DNA of 64,000 bases from Callorhinchus milii (lineage: Eukaryota), in NCBI RefSeq assembly GCF_018977255.1, contig NW_024704742.1, forward strand, positions 84,880,001 through 84,944,000, in the 5' to 3' direction. A model generated the notes under the pieces. The model was not told the origin of the DNA and did not search any database. It was given only the letters and a program-made list of their open reading frames with translations. Each line of letters starts with the position of its first letter. Position 1 is the first letter of the stretch. Below are positions 13,101 through 25,100 of this stretch, one piece after another. The position numbers and the translations under genes were made by a program.

Positions 13101-16100
13101 CCACATAGCCAATCTCACACCTGTACACAGCTGTACTGCCGTAGGTTGTGTTACTGAGCAGATTCCACACTGTGTTTGAGATAGCCGCTGGTGAGCCACA
13201 GTCAACTTCTGAGGGACACAAAGACATTGATTTACTTTATTTTTCTTTCGAAAGATAAACTTAAAAATAGAAATTATGGCTCCACACCCTGTGTGGTATA
13301 ATAGGGATCTTCCCATTAAAATGCCATCTTTCTATTTTAATAATAATAATAACCCTTGCATTTGATAGAGCGCCTTATCACGTAGTTGAGATGTCTCAAA
13401 GCCCTTCGCAGAATATATTGTAATGTGGATTGTGTATTTTGTGGGTGAAATGTGACAGCCAAGTGTGCACAGCAGTGTCTCACAAACAGTCGTGGACTGA
13501 GAGACCAAATTTTTTTAAATGATTAATACCGACGGAAAGCACTCCACCAATCGACTAACAACCGGGTTCCTACTTACTGCTAGGTAAACAGAGGCGTGTG
13601 GAGTAAGGAAACTTTTCTAAGATTTCGCCCCATCCGGGAATCAAACCATGGTCCTCTCGCTTGCGAATACTCTAACCTCTACACTGCGGGACTTCACATA
13701 GTCCCATAGAACACGTCTCAAGAACATGACACCAAGTTTTCCAGGAGAAAATAATTATTTTTACTCTTAAAGATGCCATCCTGTACATCCTGAGACATAG
13801 ACCTGTACACTGCAGGCTCGCTCCTTCCCACTGTCCCCGGGCAGAGCAGACTGAGGTGTCGTTCCCACTGACAGCCACGTAGCCAATCTCACATATGTAC
13901 ACAGCTGTACCTCCGTATCTTGTGTTACCCAATAAGTACCACCCTATGTTTGGGACAGCCGGTGGTGAGCCACAGTTAACCTCTGAGGTTGGTTTTGTGT
14001 ATATCCCACTGCCATTAAACCTACCATCAAATACCCAGATAACAACAACAACTTGCACTTATATATAGCTCCCTCCAACCAGGGTAGTGTCTCAGTGGCG
14101 GAGCCTGACTTCAAACCAGGGGGAGTGGGTAGAGGTGGCTGTAAGCATGGTCAAAGAGGAAGGTTTTCAGGCGGGACTTGACAAAAGAGAGAGAGGGGGC
14201 AAGGCGGAGGGATTGAGGGAGAGAGTTCCAGAGTTTGAGGGCGTAGTGGCTGAAAGTGCGAACTCCGATGGTGGGGTGGAGGGAGTATCTTCTCTCGCAC
14301 CTTCCGCTCACTTCATGGCTGTTTGTGGGACATTGCTGTCCACAAATTTGCTGTCATGTTCAACCACAAATACAGTGATGACATTTTACAATAAATCTTG
14401 TGAAGTACTTTGAGACATTTCAATAATGCTCTATATCAAATACAAGGATTATTATATTTGATAACTGGCATTCTGTATATATCATACGTATTAAAACTTA
14501 TGCAGTGAAACACTATTATCAGTAGTAAGTTGTTTCTGAGTAGCTTGTTTTTCCATAAGTTGCAAAGGAATCTCAAGGCCACATCTCAGTGGGTGTGAAG
14601 AGTGTCCTCGGTGGTAAATTGAAAGAAGTCTCTGATAAGAGAAGCTGCTTCAAGCTTCACAGACATAGCAAGGGACAGGCTATTTTGTCTGAAAGCAGCA
14701 ATAAATGAAATGAAAATAACTTTAAGCAACAGGTTCTCAATATGTACCCGCCATAATCGTTCGTCAAAGAGTAGCTGAAGTCACACCTGAGTATTGGTGT
14801 TAAAAAGTCTTAGAAAAGATGGAATTTGAATAGGAAAATAACTGAGCTGCTCTGAACTTCATCCATCATTGAGCAACAGTTAAGAGCTTCACTCTAATAA
14901 ACTGCAAATGTTTATGTCTCAAACAAGACCTATAGAATTTGTTATGTATTTTAACAAAATATCTCTTTTCTGTCCAAATCATATTACTTCCAAATTATTG
15001 ACAGAGTCAGAGAATTGCATGAAATGTAGACCCAAATGTTTGTCAGAAGCTTTGAGACTCTCTTTAAGTGAAGACCACCATATAGGTGCAAGTTATTGTT
15101 GTTTACCCTCAGTATGTTCCAACTTGCTTATACACTACAGGTAAATAGTAGATTTGTTTAAGATTGTAATTTCACTTATAAAAGTATCTGCGAAATATGT
15201 GAGTCTCATCACAGGATTTCCCTCAGGTCCATGCTACACAGTTGGACTGAAACGCTAATACAGTGGTTATGCAGAGATTCACCTTCAAACAAAACACACA
15301 GTCATAACACATAACATTGTATCCTGTGAAGTCCTTTGAGACGTCCTCTCGATGTGAAAGGCTTATTGTTTATTATTGTTATTTGGCACATGTGAAAGAA
15401 AATCAGAAATAAAAAGTCGCCATTGAGGAACATAACACATTCTCCTATTTGTGGGCTTTAGAAATAATCAGGGACACAGACCTGTACACTGCAGACTCAT
15501 TCCTTCCCACTGTCCCCGGGCAGAGCAGACCGATGTGTCGTTCCCACTGACAGCCATGTAGCCAATCTCACACTTGTACACAGCTGTACTGCCGTAGGTT
15601 GTGTTACCGGTATGGTACCGCGTTGTGTTTGGGATAGCCGGTGGTGAACCACAGTCAACTTCTGAGGAGACACATAGACATTGGTTTACATTAACATTCT
15701 GTGGGTTTCTAAACTGTGGTTCACATTACGTGTGTTATAATAAGATCCTCACAAGATACTACTCCTTCAATAATAGTAGTTTTGTTCTGGAATAACCATA
15801 GCCACCTGGACCTCTGTCTATCCGTAGGGCCGGAATCCACACCAAATTCCCATCCAAACACTTACACTGGGACAAATATGAGGGACTATGACAAGAAAAT
15901 TGCAGCCCAAAAACAAGGGGATTGAGTATCAGTGACATTTAACATTGCTCATCTCTATTGATCTGCTGAGCATTTATTCAAAGTTCCCAAACTGCCCAAT
16001 ATGGAACTTGTTATCAGCTGTCGGTAGGTATCCTTCTGGTTATCAGACCAGCCATTGCATTGAGCCAATCCTTCCTGAGTCGTATGATATCAAGAAAGAA

Positions 16101-19100
16101 AACGATGCTGGTGTTTGAACAGCCTATAACGTGAAGCTCTGCGCAAACAACTTTAACAATTATACACAACTACAATAAATATCAGCAATTTACAGAGACC
16201 TCTGATCACATGGGGCCCAGCAATTCACAGTGCATTACTAGTGCAGTAGTAGTGGGCGCCATCTAATGTTTCTACAAGAAATAACATGTACTTGTACCAC
16301 TTAACAACCAATTCACTTCAGTAAAGCATAAAAAAACTAACAACCAGAAAAGGCCATTTATCCAACAAGCTCACTCCTTCTAAGACAGCGTATAACCAAC
16401 CCTTCACTCCTCTTGCTATGGTGGGGAGGGCAGGGGTAGAGTTATCATGCACTGTCACCGGGTGTTGTGAATATTTTCTATTCATCTTCGTGTACTCCTC
16501 TTTAACTTGCCTTTGATCATCCTCCTTCCCCCACCTACCCTCCACCCTCCCCGATCCTGACCCCCAGCTCGGGTCCGAAACACTGATTGTCCAGCGCCTT
16601 GGGACGTCGTCCTCCTGACCTGAAAGGCGCTATACAAATGTAATTGTGCTTTTGTGTTGTTGTCGCCTTTGGTCACTTTCCTCCCCTGGCCCGGCCCTGG
16701 GATCCGTTACTGTGAAGCGCTCTGAGACGCCGTCCGGCGTGGAGGGCGCTTTATAAATCCAAGTTGTTGTTGTTATTGTAGCACGTTTATCATAGGAAAT
16801 CTCATTTAAAGTATATCATGATAATTCTGGTGCCGCTGATAGAGCCCTGCACATCAACCCTCATTGTCCTGTTTAAAGCAGGTTTAGAGGCATCCTGGGA
16901 CACAGACCTGTACACTGGAGACTCGCTCCTTCCCACTGTCCCCGGGCAGAGCAGATTGAGGTGTCGTTCCCACTGACAGCCACGGAGCCAATCTCACACC
17001 GGTACACAGCTGTATTGCCGTAGGTTGTGTTACCGAGCAGGTACCACCCTGTTTTTGGGACAGCCGGTGGTGAGCCACAGTCAACAGCTGAGGAGACACA
17101 AAGATATTGGTTTAGTCTATTTTTGGTGTTTCTCCTAAACTTATAAACAAGATGTATCGCTCATCCCTGACACGTTACACAATGAGATGTTTTTTCCGAT
17201 GTAATGGAATTTCTGTGATTTCCAAGTTCAGTGAATGTGTCTGTAACTCCCGTTAACTGTGCTCTGATAACACCGCTTGATCATTAAATGATCATTTGTA
17301 ACAAGAGCCACTAACAAATCACTGGAGCCATTCACAATAGGATTGGGCTCTGGGTGGAGATGTGGTATGTTATCTACAGCAGCAGAAGGCCACAGTCAAG
17401 TTCCAAACAGCATAGCCATGTCTGTCCTTCACAACACTGGAACAATGTGGCTGGGTGGGCGTGCAAGCCTGTGCAAGCCTTGTACCTGGAACACTATTGC
17501 AAGCATTTTAATACTGCATTCAACTCACCAGCTCTTCAACAGACAGCTCACATGCAACTATAATAATCCATGCATTTGTTATAGCACCTTTCATGTCAGG
17601 CGGACGTCTCACAGGATGTACTGCAAGGTGTAGTGACTGTGTTTCGTAGGAAAATACCTACCACCGAGAGGCTGAAATCTCTCGGTTGTCAAACAACAAC
17701 AAACAACAAATTACATTTGTATAGCGCCTTTCACGTCGGAAGGACGTCCAAAGGCGTTTGACAGTCAAGGATTTGGACCCGAGCAGGGGGTTGGGATCAG
17801 GGAGTGGAGGGCAGGGAGGGTACAGGTAAGTGGGTGCCCGAAGGCACGGTCGAAGAGGAGGGTCTTGAGACGTGCCTTGAAGGAGGCAAGGGAGGCGAAG
17901 GGACTGTGGGATGGGGTTCCAAAGGGTCAGAGCAGAGAGGCTGAGGGCCCGAGCCAATAGTGGGGCAGGCAGGGTGAGGGACATGGAGCAGGCCTGCTGA
18001 GCAGAGAGGGTGGACACGTTGATATGGAGCTGTACATTGGAGCTATACACTGCAGACAGTGTTGGAGGATAATAATTAGGAAAAAGCTTACAGTCTTGGG
18101 TGAAAGAGAGTTTCTGTTAATGGGCAATTGTCTACAGAAAAGCTAACATGGACTAGGTGCCGATTGAAGCCGCTCAAATAGGGGAACTTGTCGAAATGTG
18201 CAGCTAAATGTGGATTGGGGAGCTGTCTCTGATACTGAATGCAACACTACAGTAGGTAGAGGCTGGGAATATGTGTACACATGTTGGTGGGGTACAATTT
18301 GATTGCTCAGTCACCAGAACTCTTGTCTCTGGGTCAGAAGGTTCAAGCCCCATGTCAGGACCTGAGATGATAGTCTCGACTTGCTGCTCCCCTATCCGTC
18401 TACAAAAATGTCAGTGCACGTGACAGCATTTATTGTGAAACGTTTGAGATGTTTAAATACTGAAGTGCTTCATGTAAGTGCCACTTTTACAGCAGAAACC
18501 GTGTGCTGAAATCTAGTTCCAAGAAATGACACAACAGGGCGGGTTTAGGTTACATTTAGTAATTGTCATAACCTTCTGCACATTGCAGGACTTTCTGACC
18601 GAGAGAACGATTAGCACGAGGGCAAAGGATAATAATAATAATAACGTTTGTATTTAGTATAGCGCCTTATCATGTCGGACAACAACAATAACAAAATTAC
18701 ATTTGGTATAGTGCCTTATCACATCGGATATATTCTCAAAGCGCTCCACACGATTTTACTGTGAAATGAAATAATAATAATAATCCTTGCATTTGATATA
18801 GTGCTTTTCACGTCTTCTCGACGTCTCAAAGCGCTTTACAGAATAAACTGTAAAGTGAATTGACTGTATATTTGTGTGCGAAACGCGGCAGCCAATTGCA
18901 CACAGCAGTGTCCCACAAATAGTCGTGGATTGCAAATGACCAATTTACTATTGTCTTGTTTTTGGAGGGATTATTATTAAGCGTGTGGAGTAAGGAAACT
19001 GGCGCAAGGTTTCGTCCTGCCTGGAATTGAACCCAGGTGTCTCGCTTGCAAGCCAAGTGCTCTAACCACTGAACTACAGGACTCCACTTGACTGTATTTG

Positions 19101-22100
19101 TTGGAAAACACAGCAACACAATTGCACACAGCAATATCCCACAAAGGTTAGGGTTAGGAGTGAATGATCAATTTTATTTGGGGGCTTGTTGGCCAGGACA
19201 CCAGAGGAAACTCCCTTCTCTTTTCGAATAGTGTCATGGGACCTTTAACATCCACCTGAACAGGTAGACGGGACCTCAGTTTAACGTCTCACCTGAACGA
19301 CAGCACCTCTGACAATTCAACACACCCAGCACTGCATTGGGCTGTCAGCTTATGTGAGTTCAAGTCACGACTAAAAGGCGAAAGTGCTATCACTAAGCCA
19401 AGCTGACACTAGCATGCACAAGAGCAAGACGTGTGCCAATAGATTGGGGGCTGTGCCGATTGTTCGGGTGGGTCGCAGGCTTACCAGTGAGTTCCTCTGG
19501 GACCTTATCAGTATTTCCATCAGATCCCAGTTCCTGTACACAGGAAATCAAGCTTCATTTAGACTTGCTTGCGTACTTCAGTGACAGGGAAGCTGAACTT
19601 ACTGCTCAACATGATGTTGCTGTGCTTCTCTTATGTAAAGTCTAAAAGGACAGTGAGTGGCTCTGCAAGGTAAGAAGACTCCCTAATTTGTCACAAAATC
19701 TAATATTTATGCTGCCATAACTGGTTCCAAATACAGAACCAGAACCAGTTATACGAGTGATTTTTACATCTCGGCTGAGTATGTAGATTAACACACCTTC
19801 AACCTTCAGGCTGGCAAGGGATAACCACCCAAAGTGCTGTATGTTTTTTAACACAGGAACATAGGAAAAGGAATAGGCCATTCAGCCCCTCAAACCTGTT
19901 CCGCCTTCAATTAGATCATGGCTGATTTGTACGTCAACTCCAAATAACACGTACAAGTACAGGTAAGGATCCTTGGATGTGAACCTTTTCAATGTATTCC
20001 ATGCCTGTCCATATACTCCAGAACGGGACTGAATTTCAGACACCATTTCATTAGCAATATAGAGATGACTGAGGATTGTACCAATTGACCCTACCTGGAT
20101 GATCTCCATTCTACTGATTTGGCAGAATTTGGCAAAATATACTCGTAGCAAGAGATGTGTAATGGTTTGACTGCTGGGGAACATCACACATTGTCCAGTT
20201 TAAAGCATATGTAAGAAATATTCTGGTGCACAGACCTGTACACTGGAGACTCGCTCCTTTCCACTGTCCCCGGGCAGAGCAGACTGAGGTGTCGTTCCCA
20301 CTGACAGCCATGTAGCCAATCTCACACTTGTACACAGCTGTACTGCCGTAGGTTGTGTTACCGGTATGGTACCGCTTTGTGTTTGGGATAGCCGGTGGTG
20401 AGCCACAGTCAACTTCTGAGGAGACACATAGACATTGTTTTACATTAACATTCTGTGGGTTTCTAAACTGTGGTTCACATTACATGTGTTATAATAGGAT
20501 CCTTACAATATAACAGATTCAGACGCTAATCCTTCAATATAAAGAGTAGATCTGTTCAATAATGTCATTTTTTTTAATCAGCCGGGTATCTGACATTTTT
20601 GAAACCCCATCACCTTGCTTCAGACTATCCAAAACAAACTGAGAATTTTATGCATCCCACCTACACCCCATTTCACATGTAATAATTCAATGAGATCTGT
20701 ACAGTGTGCAAGTCTCAGCACAGGATTTCCCTCAAGCCAATGGCAATGACCCACAGATAGACTGAGATATTAATATAAGAGATATATAGGGATCTGGCAC
20801 ATGAGAAAGAAAATCAGAAAGAAAAAGTCGCCACCAGAGAACATCACATATTGCCTTGTTTAAAGCAGGTTAGAGACATCCTGAGACACAGACCTGTACA
20901 CTGTAGACTTGCTCCTTCCCACTGTCCCCGGGCAGAGCAGACTGAGGTGTCGTTCCCACTGACAGCCATGTAGCCAATCTCACACCTGTACACAGCTGTA
21001 CTGCCGTAGGTTGTGTTACCGGTATGGTACCGCTTTGTGTTTGGGATAGCCGGTGGTGAGCCACAGTCAACTTCTGAGGAGACATATAGACAATGGTTTA
21101 CATTAACATTCTGTGGGTTTCTAAACTGTGGTTCACAATACGTGTGTTATAATAGGATCCTCACAAGATACTACTACTTCAATAAAAGTAGTAGATTTGT
21201 TCTGGAATGTCATTTTGTTTGGTCAGCCGGGTGTCTGACACATGCAAAAACACATCACCTTGATTCAAAGTATCACAAAGACAAAGTTTAGATTATTTGC
21301 CCCTAAATTTCAAAGCATTTCACAAAATATACCATAAAGTGGAGTGACTGTGTACCTTGTATATCAAATGCAAGGATTATTATTATTATTATTGTGAGTG
21401 AACGCATCACTAAGACCATGCAAATTTTATGCCTCAGATTAGTCTTCACTGTGTATCAGAGCAAAATATTATATACTGTGCAATACAATGACTGTCCCAT
21501 ATCATCTAACGCCCCTCCCTCAGCTCCATGCTGTTACCACCTGACAGATTTTCCTCAGCTGGTTCCTCTTGAATAACCTAGATGGTACTGAATAACCTAA
21601 ATGGTACCTTGAGCTGGCTCCACTGGCTCCCCATCCCTCAGAGGATAGAATTCAAAATACTCGTCCTCACTTTCAAGGCCCTCCATGGCCTTGCCCCCTC
21701 CTGCATCTCTGATCTGCTGACCCCCTGTCAACCTGTCCATGCCTCTGTTCAGCAGCTCCAGCCTGCTCTATGAATCCGCTCAGCTGCCACTGCCCTTCCA
21801 ATTTCCAACCCCTCCTACCTGCCCCCCTCACACTTCGACCACAACCCATCCCTCCTTCCATACCTTTGAACTTGTCACTCCCTCCTCTTTCACCACTATC
21901 GTATCCTCCATGAAGCTCACCACCTGTTCCCTGGACCCCATCCCCACCCCTCTCCTTAAATCCCAGCTACACCTCCTTGCCCCACTACTCGCCGACATCA
22001 TCAATCTCTCCCTGTCATCTGGCACTGTTCCTTCCCCCCTCAAAGCAGCCATTACCACCTCCACCTTGAAGAAACCTTCCCTTGACCCATCACTGCTATC

Positions 22101-25100
22101 CAGCTACCGGCCTATCTCCCACCTCCCTTTTCTGTCTAAGGTCCTTGAGAAAGCCGTCGCCTTCCAGCTTCGCTCTTTCCTCTCCTCCCACTCCCTCCAC
22201 GAGCCCCTCCAATTGGGTTTCTATGTTGCCCACAGAGTACACGAGCAAGGTCACAAATGACATCCTGCTCATGTGTGACCAGGGCTCCCTCTGCCTCCTT
22301 GTCCTCCTCGACCTCTCTGCTGCCTTTGATACTGTGGACTATTCAATCCTCCTCCACCACCTCTCCTCCCACCGACTGCCTGTCCGACGTCAAGTCCTGG
22401 ACGAGGGACAACTTTCTCCAACGTTAGCAAGACCGAGGCCCTCCTGATTGGATCGCGCCAGTGCCTCCACACCTCGGGCGCTGGCAGCATCAGCCTCCAC
22501 GGCTGCACACTCAACCTCACTAAGCCAGTCAGGAATCTGGATATCTTGTTTGACCCTGAACTGTCCTTTCTTCCCCACATCCGCGTCATGACCGGCACTG
22601 CCTACCACCACCTCCGCAACACTGCCAGACTCCGCACTGCCTCACCCCTCAGGCTGCCGAAAGCCTCACCCACGCATTCATCACATCAAGGCTTGATTAC
22701 GGAAACTCCCTCCTCATCGGCCTTCCCAACTCTTCCCTTCACAAGCGGCAGATCATCCAAAACTCTGCAGCTCATGTACTCTCGCGCACCAGGCTCCGTG
22801 ACCCCATCACTCCCACCCTCACCCGACTCCACTGGCTCCCCATCCCCCAGAGGATCGAATTCAAGATCCTCGTCCTCATCTTTAAGGCCATCCATGGCCT
22901 TGCCCCCCCCTACCTCTCTGATCTACTGACTCCCTACGAACCTACCAATGTAATTTTGTTGCTGTTGTGTAGATGGTACCAACATGTAACACAGATATAA
23001 TAGAGTCATGTACACACCGAACATACAATTGCTGAGTTTAAACTTACGTCTTATTACTGGCACTCAAACAGAAAGTTGATACAAGTAACAGAAATTCAGA
23101 ATGCAAAGTCATTGTTGGGACACATTACACATTGAGATCAAACGCTTTGTTACAGGAATGGCCTGCAATGAGTCTCGAGTTACAAATGTCAACTCCTTCC
23201 AGTAATCAGAAGCACCCTGCTGAACCGCTGGAACTGCGCTCCGGAGGTAGAAGGTGGTGGGAGCAAAGTTCCGGTACTCCCATTTGTCCCACAGTTGTTA
23301 TTAAAGAAACCTATTGGAAATTGTTGTGTTTTAGTCGCCTATATCCAGTTCGAGTTGGCTTTAGTGACACAGACCTGTACACTGAAGGTTCGCTCCTTCC
23401 CACTGCCCCCGGGCAGAGCAGATTGATGTGACTTCTCCTTTGAAGAGCACATAGCCATCTTTACATCTGTACACAGCTTTACTCCCATAAACCGTGTCAT
23501 GTTGCGGGTACCACTCCGTATTTGGAACACCTGGTGGGGATCCACAGTCAACAGCTGAGGAGACACAACACCATTAAAGTTTCTAAATGGAATTACAATA
23601 GTAAATACAGAAGAACAACAGCTTGCACTTATATATATATAGCGCTCTTCACATGGGGCAGGGCCTTGGAGCATTTAACCGTCTGGCACTAGTACGGTCA
23701 AAGAGGAAGGTCTTCAGTCATGATCTAAAAGAGGGGGCAAGGTGGGGGCATTGGGGGAGAGAGTTCCAGAGCTTTGTGGTGTAATGGCTGAAAGAACAAC
23801 ACTTTCAGAGACCGCAAGGCAGCAGAACAATATTATATATTAAAAAAATATAATTAGGTTCCAGGTTGTGAATGCAATTTCACTACAGACATAGCGAAGT
23901 ATTTTGTTACACCCACAAGAGTGATCTTGCTTAGAATTATGGAAAATTATTCAATTCGGTCTATATTTGGAAGCCGGTTTCTTTTACAGAAAAAATGTCA
24001 CCTCCAAATTAAGACTGAAATTCAGAGTTTTCCACAATTCATTCAAATTCTTAGATTTGAAAGTAAAATTGGCCTGACAGGTTGATTTTTGTGCACTGTG
24101 CCAAAAAGTCAGAGATGTAAAATTGAGTTTAGAGATTTTAGAGAGTGATGGAGAAACACCTGGAGAGTAAACATATTAATGGATATGGTGGGAAAGCAGG
24201 AGATGGGATAAGATGTTTGTATGTGAGCCATGAATTAGACTGTGCATAGTGGGTTCAATGAATGGAAATAGCCTTCTCTTGTTCCTAATTTCCTATTATT
24301 ACTGACTGAGCCATCCAAAGAGCTATTCAGTCTCCCTTATCAAAAANGAGTCTGCCCCTCCCAAAAATAATGAGATTAGCTTTACCTCACACCACTGACA
24401 CACAAACATTAACATTAAGAGTTGTCCAGGATTGAGATGAGCAACAGAAAATCAGAACATCACACATTGTTTTGTTAAAAGCTGGTTTAGAAACATCCTG
24501 AGACACAGACCTTTACACTGGAGACTCGCTCCTTCCCACTGTCCCCGGGCAGAGCAGACCGATGTGTCGTTCCCACTGACAGCCCCGTAGCCAATCTCAC
24601 ATCTGTACACAGCTGTACTGCCGTAGGTTGTGTTATCCGGCAGGTGCCAACCTGTGTTCTGTATATTCGGTGGTAAGCCACAGTCAACAGCTGAGGAGAC
24701 ACAGACAATTTTTAATTTTTTTATAAAAACGGGCTATGCTGTTCTTTAATAATAACAATAATCAAAATAGGCTAAAGTTGCATAATTTATAAGTTTTGAC
24801 CCAACTTTTTGTCCACGGAAGAGAAAATAATCCAACAAGTTGTGTGGCCTTTACCAAAATTGAAAATGAGAGATAACAACAGTTGCAGGTGAACCTTTAC
24901 CCAATACTGACACACAGAGACATCCCCAGACACACTACCAGCTTCAGGCTTTTATTAATCTATCCATCACGTGAAAGACATTCTAGTTAAAACGGTGATC
25001 AGGAGGGCATACAGCTAAGAGGCTGCGTATGTTAATATACAATAATAATAATTCTTGCATTTGATATAGAGCCTTATCACATCTTTGAGAAGTCTCAAAG

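Larger units (their letters stand above)
8324..15793. repeat. Tandem segmental duplication, copy A (7470 bp; exons S10-S6)
   Basis: Sequence starting aaccatagccacctggacc at 8324 recurs at 15794; near-identical including nested SINE/LINE fragments up to about 13090. Confidence 0.9.
15794..21208. repeat. Tandem segmental duplication, copy B (exons S5-S3)
   Basis: Near-identical to 8324-13090, with 447 extra bp (18151-18597), then switches to the S6-type flank ending tttgttctggaat. Confidence 0.88.

Noticed and set aside
8324..21208. CRISPR-like or prokaryotic repeat-spacer array
   Set aside because: The repeats are 180-nt spliceosomal exons and kb-scale duplications in vertebrate DNA; no short repeat-spacer periodicity and no cas genes.
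21739..22929. Host protein-coding gene (ORFs of 173, 121 and 127 aa)
   Set aside because: Frameshifted L2 reverse-transcriptase remnants, antisense within a SUSD1 intron.
24347..24347. Ambiguous base (n)
   Set aside because: Single intronic N; does not affect any exon.
9421..24708. Repeated ORFs such as MSPQ(K/L)[10 protein letters not shown]... and MLPVWYR... as a separate repeated gene family
   Set aside because: They are out-of-frame or antisense readings of the sushi exons, repeated only because the exons are.
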